A stretch of DNA of 64,000 bases from a virus. The translations under genes and the position numbers were made by a program. The notes under the pieces were generated by a model, which worked only from the letters and a program-made list of their open reading frames with translations, did not search any database and had not been told where the DNA came from. The stretch lies in IMG/VR virus record IMGVR_UViG_3300035698_004130, positions 1-64,000 of that record; one strand, 5' to 3'. Positions 25,464 to 35,793 of the stretch are shown here, piece after piece (position 1 is the stretch's first letter; each line of letters opens with the position of its first letter).

Positions 25464-25740
25464 CGTTTTCAATATCGTTGTTTGTAATTTCTTTCACAGG
25501 ATCATAGGTTCTTAGGAAGATGTCGGGATTACAGGGATATCTTTCCCCTGAAACTCCTGTGATGATCCAATCACCTGGAGTCACATGGTATTGCCCTTCT
25601 AGTGTTTGAATACTATACCCCGTTGGTGAGGTTTCATCAATGAACACACCTTGGGGAAAATCCTTGGTGTAGACATCTTTTGGGTCAAACGGAAACTGAT
25701 CCGCGTCAATAACAACAGGCTTCTTACGAAACTTAGGCAT
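25453..25740 (-). CDS. conserved phage protein (PGDW/PGDYG-like)
   Basis: KFRKKPVVIDA..TLEG..PGDWIITGVSGERYPCNPDIF. Confidence 0.8.
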   Translation of the reverse strand: MPKFRKKPVVIDADQFPFDPKDVYTKDFPQGVFIDETSPTGYSIQTLEGQYHVTPGDWIITGVSGERYPCNPDIFLRTYDPVKEITNNDIENDGN

Positions 25741-26056
25741 TTCTTACTCCACCACCCTCAACAAACCCATTCGGATATCTTTCTTGTAGCTTCAACACGT
25801 TAAAGTCCATACATCCTTCAAACTCAAGTCCGAATAGATTACACATTGCTTGCACGTAGTATAATACATCACCTAGCTCTTTCTCTAGATCACAGAGATC
25901 CAAAGGTTTACCATGGTAGAGGTGTTTCTTAATAAGCTCCACAACTTCCCCAGACTCTCCAGCAATGCCGAGAGCCCAGTTACTGGCTTTCTGCTCTGCT
26001 GTTAGTCCGGGATTTTCTGTCCTGGCAACCGCTTCCGCGAAATCCTTAAACTTCAT
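25733..26056 (-). CDS. MazG-like nucleotide pyrophosphohydrolase
   Basis: LGIAGESGEVVELIKK, KELGDVLYY, N..KL.ERYP.GF. Confidence 0.88.
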   Translation of the reverse strand: MKFKDFAEAVARTENPGLTAEQKASNWALGIAGESGEVVELIKKHLYHGKPLDLCDLEKELGDVLYYVQAMCNLFGLEFEGCMDFNVLKLQERYPNGFVEGGGVRNA

Positions 26057-27129
26057 TAGGAAAAAGTTCCTCTGATTCTCCGTGTGGTTCTCTTTGCAAT
26101 CTTTCTGACCGCTCTACGTTGAGTTGCGTTTCGAAGCAACACCTTAGAGTTGGGCATCAAATTACGGTTCCAAGAGGTTGACCGGATGTAGATCGTGTAG
26201 TCAGTTGTATTCGCTGGGTTAAGAGCAATTGACGATCCTTCTGGCAGACGTAGTAGACTTCTAGCATTCTCACCAGTATACAAAGCTCCATCCCCATTGG
26301 ATTGGATGATGATATCCTTGTAATCCTGAATCGTCTCACTCTTAGTCAACTGGTAGAAGTTATCACCAACTTGGAAAGTATAACCCTCTCCTTGGATGAA
26401 GTCTCTGATCGATTGCTTACTAAGCACGGAGAGAGCCTTGAACTGATCCGTAACTTCGTCCAGGTTAGCAGCGACCGTAGACTGGGCGAGGTTATTCAGG
26501 TCAGGCGTGAAGTAACTGAAAGAACGAGTCTTGCCAGCAGCATAACGGGTAAACAAGCCAGTGTTTGAACTTCGGATGTTTTGTGTCATCACCTTAGTCC
26601 CATACTTCGTAGCTTCCCACTCAGAGATACACTCCAAGGGAATACCATAGTTACGAGAGGTGCTGGACTTATGTCCGGGTGGAACACACATAGCAAAGGT
26701 CCACACATCAGTAGCGATCGAACCGACAACCATATCCTTGATTGTTTGAGCGTTGTATTTCCTAGAAGAGTTTTCATCACCATCGGTAACAACCAACAGG
26801 AGATACATTCCAGTCTTTTCCTTAAGTGTGTTAATCATGCTACCAATAGCATCATTAAGGGCAGTTCCCCCACTTGGACGGAAGGACTCGGAATCAATAT
26901 CCTCAGTATCAGCAATAGGGATATTCTTTACAAACTCCTTAATCTCATAAGAGAAAGTTGAAATCGAAATAGTGGTTTCAATTCCATTTGCAGCAGCCTC
27001 ATTTCGGAAACTTTCCAGTTGGCCGTTGAGGGAGGTAATTGCAGTTTCCTTGATGTAACTCATGGAACCTGATTCATCTAGGACCACTCCAATGTGAAGT
27101 GGCAGAATTTTCTTCTTAAATTTTAGCAT
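26056..27129 (-). CDS. von Willebrand factor A domain protein
   Basis: MIDAS DESGSM, GGTALNDAI, VTDGDENSS; likely start MLKFKK. Confidence 0.85.
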   Translation of the reverse strand: MLKFKKKILPLHIGVVLDESGSMSYIKETAITSLNGQLESFRNEAAANGIETTISISTFSYEIKEFVKNIPIADTEDIDSESFRPSGGTALNDAIGSMINTLKEKTGMYLLLVVTDGDENSSRKYNAQTIKDMVVGSIATDVWTFAMCVPPGHKSSTSRNYGIPLECISEWEATKYGTKVMTQNIRSSNTGLFTRYAAGKTRSFSYFTPDLNNLAQSTVAANLDEVTDQFKALSVLSKQSIRDFIQGEGYTFQVGDNFYQLTKSETIQDYKDIIIQSNGDGALYTGENARSLLRLPEGSSIALNPANTTDYTIYIRSTSWNRNLMPNSKVLLRNATQRRAVRKIAKRTTRRIRGTFS

Positions 27130-27273
27130 AATTTTGTTTTCGTAGTTTATTAAAAGATGGACAGGGGCGAACCTGCCTGGATTGTTTTGGAGGTAGATCT
27201 TAACCATCTCACAGTCCTGTTTGCGGGACATGGAGACATTATAGCCATCACAGATCCTCTTTAAACTCACGAA

Positions 27274-28287
27274 CTAAGATTTTTTCTTGTGTAGAAAAAC
27301 TTCTACTAGTAAACAGATACCCCAAATTTCATGTTTAGTCATAAGGGGATTCACAGGCAGATAACAACCATTCTCATGGGCGTTGATACAATTTCGTGGA
27401 TACTTAGCTGCAACTCCCATGGAAAGTGAGGGTTGAGAACTCATAGGTGAGAAGAAGCGTCTAGCGGCGATCCCATGCTTATTCAAAAACTCCACAAGCC
27501 CCTTGGGATCTTCAGTAATAATATCGTATACCCATACAGCATGTCTACGGGCATCTTTCTTTACTTCGGATGGAAGCCGTTCATCGTAAGTCTTAGCAAC
27601 TCTAAACCTCTCTTGGATGCTGAATTCCACATCGTCTAATGAATGTAAGATTAACTGGGCTTGAGAATCAGTCATCCTGTAATTGAAACCTTTGGTTTCA
27701 TGCACATAGTTATGCTCAGGAGTGAATGCCATATTCTTCATGCTTCTAAGCCTCTTGGCATATTCTGGGTCGTCTCGCACAGTGACCATTCCACCTTCTT
27801 CTCCAGCGATGATCTTGTTCTTGAAGAAAGAGAAACATCCAATACCGGCAGATCCAACCATCTTTCCACTAAATGGCCCATCCCAGTATACAGCCCCGTG
27901 AGCTTCTGCACAGTCCTCAATAAGGTCTAGGTCATGCTTTGCACATAGAGTGTGTAGGTATGCCATTGGAGAGACTCTACCATAAATGTGCGTCACCATG
28001 ATAGCCTTTGTTTTCTCAGTTATACACTCCTCAATACTAGCTAGATCAATATTGTAATCATATTCGGAGCAGCCAACAAACACAGGAGTATGTCCCGCAT
28101 ATGTGACTGCCCAAGCTGTTGCAATCATTGTGAAGTTAGGGACGATAATCTCAGTCCCTATTGGGTATTGTTTAGCCTCAATAGCTAGGTGAAGAGAGGC
28201 AGTTCCAGTATTAGCTGTTACCGCGTCTTTCACGCCGATATACTCAGCAAACTTATTCTCTAGGCGTTGGTAGCTTGGAAGTCCCAT
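27274..28287 (-). CDS. DegT/DnrJ/perosamine-synthase-type PLP sugar aminotransferase
   Basis: NTGTASLHLA, IEDCAEAHG, FSFFKNKII..EEGG, GFNYRM. Confidence 0.93.
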   Translation of the reverse strand: MGLPSYQRLENKFAEYIGVKDAVTANTGTASLHLAIEAKQYPIGTEIIVPNFTMIATAWAVTYAGHTPVFVGCSEYDYNIDLASIEECITEKTKAIMVTHIYGRVSPMAYLHTLCAKHDLDLIEDCAEAHGAVYWDGPFSGKMVGSAGIGCFSFFKNKIIAGEEGGMVTVRDDPEYAKRLRSMKNMAFTPEHNYVHETKGFNYRMTDSQAQLILHSLDDVEFSIQERFRVAKTYDERLPSEVKKDARRHAVWVYDIITEDPKGLVEFLNKHGIAARRFFSPMSSQPSLSMGVAAKYPRNCINAHENGCYLPVNPLMTKHEIWGICLLVEVFLHKKKS

Positions 28288-29228
28288 ACTTTGTTGTTTT
28301 TGTTAAAGAATTCAATGGTAGCCGTAAGCCCTTCTCTTAGAGAGAACTCAGGTCGATAATCAATAGTCTCAAATAACTTGGTGTTGTCTGATTGAAGATG
28401 CCAAATCTCCCAGGGTCTAACCTTAGCTGCATCAACAGTGATTTTAATTTCCTCATAGCCCATAATCTCACCAATCAATTCAGCCAGATCATAGATACTA
28501 ATTGTATCCTCACTACCCATGTTGTATACACCCCCAAAGTCTCCTGTTTCTAGAAGGTTGACAGCCATACGAACTGCATCACCAGCATATTGAAAGTCTC
28601 TTGAAGAGTTGTTTCCTAAGGTAATATTGGGTGAGTTTGCCAGTTGTGAGATGATCTCAGGGACAACATAGGCATGGGATTCTCTTTCACCAATACAGTT
28701 GAATTGGCGCATTGCAATAGCAGGAACTTTAGCTTCACGCCAACGAACTTGCACTAACCCATCGGCAGCAAGCTTGGAGACTCCGTAGGTGGAGTGTGCC
28801 TCAACCATATCAGTCTCCTTAATCTTACCAACCATGTCTCCGTAAATCTCAGCAGATGATACTTGAAGAATAGCCTTGACTCCTGCTTTCTGACAAGCGT
28901 TCAACACTCTCAATACAGAGGTAGCATTAATATCAAAGAAATGCATGGGGCGCTCAAAGCACTCAGGAATGTAGGGCTCTGCTGCATAGTTGAACACATA
29001 CTCAATATTGTTATCTGCTAGGATTCTGGATAACTCGTCCTCACTGTCCCGAATATCAAACCACTTAAAAGTAGCCTTAGAGTTTATATTCTTCTTGCTA
29101 CCTGTGATTAGATTGTCGAGAACCAGCACTTCGCAGTTTCTCTTATTAACCAAATAATCTACCAAGTGAGATCCAAGAAAACCAGCTCCACCGATCACAC
29201 ATACCTTTGCGTTCTTAATTGTCCTCAT
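28260..29228 (-). CDS. NDP-sugar 4,6-dehydratase/epimerase (extended SDR)
   Basis: GGAGFLGS, SSAEIYG, YGVSK. Confidence 0.92.
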   Translation of the reverse strand: MRTIKNAKVCVIGGAGFLGSHLVDYLVNKRNCEVLVLDNLITGSKKNINSKATFKWFDIRDSEDELSRILADNNIEYVFNYAAEPYIPECFERPMHFFDINATSVLRVLNACQKAGVKAILQVSSAEIYGDMVGKIKETDMVEAHSTYGVSKLAADGLVQVRWREAKVPAIAMRQFNCIGERESHAYVVPEIISQLANSPNITLGNNSSRDFQYAGDAVRMAVNLLETGDFGGVYNMGSEDTISIYDLAELIGEIMGYEEIKITVDAAKVRPWEIWHLQSDNTKLFETIDYRPEFSLREGLTATIEFFNKNNKVWDFQATNA

Positions 29229-30196
29229 AATAGTTCCAAATACTTACCTCTCAGTTTATCCCAAGAGTTTTGTTTTGCCCAAGCTTGTCCTACTTCGGAG
29301 AAGCATGTGATGTCTCTGCCATACCAGCTATCAATAGATGCGGCTAGGCTCTCTGCATTATAGTCAGCCATCATCACATCCTGCCAATATTTTCCAGTAA
29401 CTAGAGTCTCGGTCACGGGAATGAGAGGTTCATTAGGAAGCCAGCAGTTAACCGGGAACCTATTACCAGCTATCACCAGCATACCAGCAGCGTGGGCCTC
29501 CTGCAAGGGCAGGCATAATCCATTAATTCTTTCGGGGAAGATGAACGCATCACCCTCATTCCAAAGCTCACTGTAAGGAATGTCTTGACTCACTGTAGTA
29601 ACATTTGGAAGATTAAGGTCATTAAACCTGATATCTCTACCCCTTATTATAATTTTGGCATCAGATTTAACATAAGGAAGAGCCTTTAGAAGAACCTCTG
29701 TCCCATTCCTATCCATGTATTGGCTACCTGAGCTTCCTGCGTTATGAATAAACACTTCAGCCTTACTCCTAAGCCTCCAGGGAACATCTACTGGAATTGG
29801 GAGAGTCTGTCCATAGATACCCTTCTTCCGGTAGGCCAACTCGTCCAGCTTTGAGGGGAATAGCCATAGGTCAGGATCAATATATTCGGGTGTGGGTGTT
29901 GACTCATACATTGGCATAAGGACTACCCGCTTTCCAGCTTTCTGAATAGCCTCCATAATAGCCCAATCAGTCCCATTTAGTAGGTCAGCTACCTCAAAGA
30001 GCAACACAGTATCAACAGATGATATCAATTCCCTAAGGGAATTACACACATCCTCATCCTCATACCAATCCTCATTCTTTCCATACTTAGGATGGGCAAC
30101 AATAAATACCTTATTAACCACTCCGTTATCATAGAAGGATCTAGCTAGTATACCCAATCCGGTATTAGCTGCAAATACAATGGATCCTACTACCAT
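29225..30196 (-). CDS. GT-B glycosyltransferase
   Basis: FIFPERINGLCLPLQEAHAAG (GT4-like). Confidence 0.8.
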   Translation of the reverse strand: MVVGSIVFAANTGLGILARSFYDNGVVNKVFIVAHPKYGKNEDWYEDEDVCNSLRELISSVDTVLLFEVADLLNGTDWAIMEAIQKAGKRVVLMPMYESTPTPEYIDPDLWLFPSKLDELAYRKKGIYGQTLPIPVDVPWRLRSKAEVFIHNAGSSGSQYMDRNGTEVLLKALPYVKSDAKIIIRGRDIRFNDLNLPNVTTVSQDIPYSELWNEGDAFIFPERINGLCLPLQEAHAAGMLVIAGNRFPVNCWLPNEPLIPVTETLVTGKYWQDVMMADYNAESLAASIDSWYGRDITCFSEVGQAWAKQNSWDKLRGKYLELL

Positions 30197-30789
30197 GAGA
30201 TTGTTACCTTGTTACCATTTCTATCAGTATAGAATAATGGAGACTTACCAGGAAATGAGAAAGCTCTAACCATATTAGTTATATCCAATTTACCCTCTAA
30301 CTCTCGTCTAGAGGTGTAGTTACTCACATAGCCTTCTTTAGAAGGAGTAGCATACCCATAGTCCCCAACCAAAATACTTGGTAGGTTTAGAGTAAACATA
30401 TTATACATCATCACCATACCTTTCTGAAATAGACTGTTTACGTCATCAGTAGGAAGTATAGGAAACTCCAAAGTGGAGATTATATACCCTGTGTCCACAC
30501 CAGCATCAATTTGGTGGAGAGTAATACCAAAGTTCTCATCCCCATTTAATATTGCCATAGAAAATGCTCCACAACCTCTCCACCTAGGAAGAATACCAGG
30601 ATGGAAGTTGTAGCACCTTCTAGATTTGATAAACTCCTCAGTTAATAGTGTATCATACATCACAGAAATTAGGATATCACAGTCTTCCATAACATCTGTT
30701 AATTGGTATCCCTTAGGCATACGCTTCTTGGCGTGGGCTATACACTTCTCTCCAATAGGTCTAGATGTCGCAATGTATACCTTTATCAC
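30190..30789 (-). CDS. sugar N-formyltransferase
   Basis: NFHPGILPRWRG, GITLHQIDAGVDTG. Confidence 0.88.
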   Translation of the reverse strand: MIKVYIATSRPIGEKCIAHAKKRMPKGYQLTDVMEDCDILISVMYDTLLTEEFIKSRRCYNFHPGILPRWRGCGAFSMAILNGDENFGITLHQIDAGVDTGYIISTLEFPILPTDDVNSLFQKGMVMMYNMFTLNLPSILVGDYGYATPSKEGYVSNYTSRRELEGKLDITNMVRAFSFPGKSPLFYTDRNGNKVTISW

Positions 30790-31646
30790 AGCTTTGAAAA
30801 CTCCTTTAGCATATCATCAGCCATCCTTTCAGGCTTGTAGTAATCAGAGAACTCTTGTCCATAGTCAACCTTAAGTCTCTGGTTCCAAAGGTGTCCTAAT
30901 GACGCCTTGAAGTCAGGGTAGCTATCCCATTGGAACTTGAACCCCTTATCCCCGAAGTAATCATTGGCTCCCATATATGGACTGTTGGAGAACAAAACTG
31001 GCTTGCCAGCGGAAGCTCCTTCAATGAGTGAAAGGCCACCTGTGGAAGCTTCCATCCATGGGCACACAATGAAGGTGCAGGAGGCTAGCTTGTCCTTGTA
31101 GTCTTCCTCAGAAAGTTTCTTATCACTGATATAGGTTGGGATACCCATCTCAGTGGTAGCTCTTTCGAACCATCCTAGGTTCTTGTCCGGGATCTGCCTT
31201 AGAGGCATGTATACGAAATTATCATCCCTTACTGAAGCAGGATTTATATCCAATTGACGAGCGAAGGATTTGACAATAACATTCTTCTCCAATGGTAGTT
31301 GGAAAAATTCTCCATTCCTCAACACCACTGAATTGGAAGGGCACATTACAATAGCACTCTCACGGAGGAGCTTACTGTATTGACCCAGGTTGTAAGGGAA
31401 TACACTTGAAGGCCAATTATTAAAAGCCCACTCGTAAACATCCCAGTTGTAATTTACCATTGGAATAGAAGGAAATTGCAAATGGATCTTCTCAATGGAT
31501 GCTTGAGCACTAATAGAAGCTCCAAAGATAATGTCATAATGTCCTTCACATTTATTTATTCCCACATTATGCCCCAAGGATCTCATGTGGAAGATTACAG
31601 GCTCCATCCAACCAGCATCACCATGTGTTACCCAACTAATATTCAT
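30786..31646 (-). CDS. GT-B glycosyltransferase
   Basis: EASTGGLSLIEGASAGKPV. Confidence 0.78.
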   Translation of the reverse strand: MNISWVTHGDAGWMEPVIFHMRSLGHNVGINKCEGHYDIIFGASISAQASIEKIHLQFPSIPMVNYNWDVYEWAFNNWPSSVFPYNLGQYSKLLRESAIVMCPSNSVVLRNGEFFQLPLEKNVIVKSFARQLDINPASVRDDNFVYMPLRQIPDKNLGWFERATTEMGIPTYISDKKLSEEDYKDKLASCTFIVCPWMEASTGGLSLIEGASAGKPVLFSNSPYMGANDYFGDKGFKFQWDSYPDFKASLGHLWNQRLKVDYGQEFSDYYKPERMADDMLKEFSKL

Positions 31647-32290
31647 CGTAAATACTCCTTTCTAATCCAAATTGAATCGTCTTGTAGGTTAGCAATATTA
31701 TGGTGCCACACTAGACTGTAACCGTTCTCTGTAAGGAATTTGTAGTTGTCTAGTGTCACACTCTGCCTATCCCACATCTGCCCATACTCAGTTTCTACCT
31801 GAATACACTTAATGTTCCGTAGCATCTTACCACACCCTCTAAGGACTTCTAGGGAAAACCCTTCCACATCAAGCTTGAAGATATCAACACTACTAATCCC
31901 AACATTACCGAAGAACCCATCCAGTCTAATCATTGGAACTTCAACCTTCTTAAAGATCTTTGGGTCGTAGATATCTCTACCTAGGACGGAAGATCTACCG
32001 TCGTCTGCGTTTAGTGCGGCATTAAACTCCACCATCTTCTCACAGTCACCAGCGGCAAAGTTAAACACATTGAAGAATGGGAACTCCTTACAAATGTTGG
32101 TGTAGAAGTCTGGGTGAGCTTCAACAATGTAGACATCGTTTGGACTCATATCAAAATGCTTACGCAATCTTTCGGCATCCTGCCCATGTTGTGATCCTAC
32201 CTCTAGGATTGTCTTTGGCACAATGGTTGAATACTCTCTCAGCTTCTCCAGAGCAATTAGCTCCAGCCTATTATTGTCACTAGATCCCAC
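31643..32290 (-). CDS. FkbM-family methyltransferase
   Basis: LEVGSQHG, KLDVEGFSLEVLRG. Confidence 0.88.
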   Translation of the reverse strand: MGSSDNNRLELIALEKLREYSTIVPKTILEVGSQHGQDAERLRKHFDMSPNDVYIVEAHPDFYTNICKEFPFFNVFNFAAGDCEKMVEFNAALNADDGRSSVLGRDIYDPKIFKKVEVPMIRLDGFFGNVGISSVDIFKLDVEGFSLEVLRGCGKMLRNIKCIQVETEYGQMWDRQSVTLDNYKFLTENGYSLVWHHNIANLQDDSIWIRKEYLR

Positions 32291-32831
32291 TTGTTCTTAC
32301 CTCGTTAATTAAACACCCTTTATGGATAACTTCATAGGGCTCACGCCCATGATTTCCCTTACCATCTGAATACTCAAAGAAGATAAGATGATTGCATACT
32401 CTTTGTAACTCTTTTTCCATGGCTTTCCATACATCCTCACCTACCTCACGTTGGATCATTGCCCTAATAGACACACCAATACCCCACTCAAAGGTGTTAT
32501 CCTCAAATGGAAGTTTGGTGATGTCAGCTTGCAGGAACTTGTGGTGGGGATTGTGCTCTTTAGCAATCTCAATAAAGTCTTCTGAGAAGTCAACTCCAGT
32601 GTAGTATCTCGGCATGAAATACTTCGCTATTCTACCATAACCGCAAGCGATATCAAGCACGCTATCGTCTGTAACGCTGATATGTTCGAAGGCAAGTGCC
32701 ATATGACGCTTCTCTACCGCCTCCCAACCAGCAATATCTAGCTCGTAGATGCTGTGGTGTAGAATACCTCTACTCTTACCCATCTCAATTCGTTCTTTCC
32801 AAAACTCCACACTGCTTACATTATACGTCAT
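32280..32831 (-). CDS. class I SAM-dependent methyltransferase
   Basis: VLDIACGYG, GVDFS, ADITKLPFEDNTF. Confidence 0.88.
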   Translation of the reverse strand: MTYNVSSVEFWKERIEMGKSRGILHHSIYELDIAGWEAVEKRHMALAFEHISVTDDSVLDIACGYGRIAKYFMPRYYTGVDFSEDFIEIAKEHNPHHKFLQADITKLPFEDNTFEWGIGVSIRAMIQREVGEDVWKAMEKELQRVCNHLIFFEYSDGKGNHGREPYEVIHKGCLINEVRTSGI

Positions 32832-33792
32832 GGTTAATAATCCACATTAAGTCTCTACACCTATCCAATAGAGTATGGTTCTTTTTAATATGCTCCATCC
32901 CTAAAGAAATAATACTTTGTCTCTCTTCCTCATTCTCTGGTTTGAGGTAGTAATCGATAGTCCTGTAAAGCTCGTCAAAACTCCATCTAGGGAAGAACTC
33001 ACAATGCTTCCTAGGAGTAAACTCATCCTCAATACCAGGAACATAAGGATGGATACATAATCCTCCTCTGCCAATGGTCTCATAGATACGGTTAGACCAA
33101 TATCCAGGGAAGTAAAAGGAATCTCCAATTACAACTTTTGACCTGCCAATTAGAGTGCTTAGTTCTTCCTCTCTGACATCGTGCTCTCCTTGCCCTAACC
33201 AAAGGAAATCATCCCCATACTTTACCTTCAGATTATTCAGCATGTGAAGCCTAAAGTGGTCGGGAATGTTGTAGGTTGATCCTACAAATAGTATAGGAAC
33301 CACTTCCTTAGTAGTAATATGAGAGATATCTGCTGAGGTGTTACGCCCCACAGTTTCATGGTAGGGTGCTTGGCGGATTAGGTGGTGGTTGACATTACAA
33401 CTATCGTAGAACCTTTTACTATCTGATCCTCCATCAGGGGAGAACACATAGTCACATCCCCAAAGCCCGATCCGGTTAGCAACCATATCCATGCGGTTCT
33501 CTCCAGCAATGTGGGGACCATAGTGGTATAAATCTGGGTGCCATGCGGTGGTGACTACTCCCTCTTCCTTACAGTATTGGAATAGCTGAACAAGTAGTTC
33601 CGGGTGAATTCCATACTTTGGGGACATCACCATATCAGGCTTAAAGGCAATCAAGTCCTTAAAGCTATGTTCGTTGAATCCTACCTCATCAAACCTACCA
33701 ACCTCATATCCAATTGCCTCAAAGGACTTAGCCTTTCCTTCCTCATCATACAATCTGTCAAAGCCACCGATAAATGCAATTTTGTTAATCAT
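32821..33792 (-). CDS. glycosyltransferase (CgeB/Glyco_trans_1_2-like)
   Basis: ILFVGS, YWSNRIYETIGRGG, HT..DR. Confidence 0.8.
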   Translation of the reverse strand: MINKIAFIGGFDRLYDEEGKAKSFEAIGYEVGRFDEVGFNEHSFKDLIAFKPDMVMSPKYGIHPELLVQLFQYCKEEGVVTTAWHPDLYHYGPHIAGENRMDMVANRIGLWGCDYVFSPDGGSDSKRFYDSCNVNHHLIRQAPYHETVGRNTSADISHITTKEVVPILFVGSTYNIPDHFRLHMLNNLKVKYGDDFLWLGQGEHDVREEELSTLIGRSKVVIGDSFYFPGYWSNRIYETIGRGGLCIHPYVPGIEDEFTPRKHCEFFPRWSFDELYRTIDYYLKPENEEERQSIISLGMEHIKKNHTLLDRCRDLMWIINHDV

Positions 33793-34552
33793 TGAGTAGT
33801 TCCGCCCATGCCATCATAATTCTCTCTGAACCCCAAACTTCCGCCTTTGTGTCGTTTCCCTCTTCCCCTCGGTAAACCACTCCAGCAGCCGCACACTCGG
33901 CTTTAATCATATTATAGGTCTCTAGTAGGGGGGAATGGTAAACGTGAGTCAAGGTATCGTAAACCTTCTGCATATCATGGGAAACCCCACAATACCTAAC
34001 CTTCTCACCTAAAAGAGGAACAATATCCTGTAGGAAGTGTTTAGGGTCAGATATTCCTCCATAGATTCTGATATCCGTAAAGTCATCATCCAATGCTCTC
34101 TTAATGGACAACGGAATTCTCTTATTCCTATCCACACTACCAATAATACCTACTACCTCACCATTAACCAATACATCACACGTTAAGGGAGTGATAATAT
34201 TAGGAATTACTGTTCCTGAAACCCCATGCCAATCCTCTTGAAACTTAGACACAAAGTGAATGTTGTCATACCTCAAATCAGGAATTTTTGCTATTGGGTA
34301 AAGGTTAGTCTCATGACAGGAGAGGATTAGCTTTTTACAAGGCTTATTTGGAGTCATCATGAAGTGGTAGATTACCGTATCTTCAAGTTTAGGCTCCACA
34401 AACCCCTGCATAAACTTGCAGTTTATCCCTTCCCAAAGTTGGGGACCATACAATCTAGCCTCTAAACCACTCTTGTTAAATAAGTTCACAAGGTTGTTGA
34501 AAGCTACCGTGCTTCCACCTGGGCCAGAGTAACCAGTCATTACCTTAATCAT
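33785..34552 (-). CDS. GT-B glycosyltransferase
   Basis: GYSGPGGS, ETYNMIKAEC. Confidence 0.72.
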   Translation of the reverse strand: MIKVMTGYSGPGGSTVAFNNLVNLFNKSGLEARLYGPQLWEGINCKFMQGFVEPKLEDTVIYHFMMTPNKPCKKLILSCHETNLYPIAKIPDLRYDNIHFVSKFQEDWHGVSGTVIPNIITPLTCDVLVNGEVVGIIGSVDRNKRIPLSIKRALDDDFTDIRIYGGISDPKHFLQDIVPLLGEKVRYCGVSHDMQKVYDTLTHVYHSPLLETYNMIKAECAAAGVVYRGEEGNDTKAEVWGSERIMMAWAELLND

Positions 34553-35705
34553 ATTTGAAACCTGTATCTTTGAATGCCTTAATGTATAGATCGTATCTCA
34601 TTGCAGCACTCTTTCTTCCGTTAAATAGATCTTTTGTTCTATCGTGTAAATTATTACCCAACTCTTCTCTATGCTTCTTGTCTTTAATAAGCTTTGTGAG
34701 AACTTTTACCCACTCGCCCTTAGGAGCCTCGGGATCCAGCAGATAGCCAGTCTCCCCATTGATGATAGTATCACTATAGCATCCTACATTACTTGCAACC
34801 AAAGGAATTTTATAGCGGGAGCATTCAGCTACTTTGATATCTGACTTTGAATCGTTAAAGTTATTCATCTCCAGCGGAGCGATTGCAATGTCCATATTCG
34901 CACAGTAGACACCGTAAGCATCTGGGGGCAACGCATAGTGGACCATGTAGTTTTTGTGCCCCTTGAAACCCTTCAGGAGGCTTGCAAGGTATTCTGGCCA
35001 GACCTTTGCTTCCCATCCATCCTTGGGTTTGTTAGGGTCAGGTGGTGGATGCCCGTAGAAGTCCCATCTCACATTCTCTTTACCCACTTTTTGGTTAGTG
35101 ATGTGGGGAATGGAAGAAAACACTTTAACATCGCCTCTGTGATGGATGCCTGCTGCATACCCTACCTTGGCAAACTTGGTCTTCTTCTTTGGGTGATTCC
35201 AGGCTGGAAGCGTGTAGTCGAGGGTGTTTCGGACAACCGCCAATACCTTACCACAAAATGGTCTAATTCTCTGAGCGAACTTAGGCTGGGTAACAGTGGT
35301 CAGATCGGAGATGCTGTAAAGGTATTTCGTAACATCCCCAAGCTTGTTATCCTTATAGACATCAAACAAGTGGTGTTCCTCATATAAATCTGTTAGAAGA
35401 TCATCAGTGTCAAAGTGGAAGAACTTACCAAGCTGCTTCGCTATACCACCAACTCTAGCAGTGTAAGGCCCACCATACTTTAGCATGTTGGCTACGAACA
35501 CTACGTCTGCCCAATTCATATCTACTAAGGTTTCAGTAGGTGCCGTCTTCCCAGTCTTTGGGTCCAGCATCAAAGGATTGTCAGTGTAGCGAACCTCAAC
35601 TTTATCAGGAAGTTCCTCAGACATCATCTTCATAGGAGATAGCTGACGATAGTAACTACATCCCCCGTGATTAGCAAATACTACAAGGATTCTAAGTTTA
35701 CGCAT
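34545..35705 (-). CDS. GT4-like glycosyltransferase
   Basis: GCSYYR, DTDD, DIAIAPL..NNFNDSKSDIK..E. Confidence 0.85.
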   Translation of the reverse strand: MRKLRILVVFANHGGCSYYRQLSPMKMMSEELPDKVEVRYTDNPLMLDPKTGKTAPTETLVDMNWADVVFVANMLKYGGPYTARVGGIAKQLGKFFHFDTDDLLTDLYEEHHLFDVYKDNKLGDVTKYLYSISDLTTVTQPKFAQRIRPFCGKVLAVVRNTLDYTLPAWNHPKKKTKFAKVGYAAGIHHRGDVKVFSSIPHITNQKVGKENVRWDFYGHPPPDPNKPKDGWEAKVWPEYLASLLKGFKGHKNYMVHYALPPDAYGVYCANMDIAIAPLEMNNFNDSKSDIKVAECSRYKIPLVASNVGCYSDTIINGETGYLLDPEAPKGEWVKVLTKLIKDKKHREELGNNLHDRTKDLFNGRKSAAMRYDLYIKAFKDTGFKYD

Positions 35706-35733
35706 AGGCTATGATTATAGTCCATGCGAAATG

Positions 35734-35779
35734 AAAAAATCTGCCTCCCATGGCATTAAACCACAGGAGGCAGATTTTA
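35734..35779 (-). terminator. intrinsic terminator
   Basis: AAAATCTGCCTCC/GGAGGCAGATTTT hairpin. Confidence 0.8.
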
Positions 35780-35793
35780 TAGATTACTCAGTT

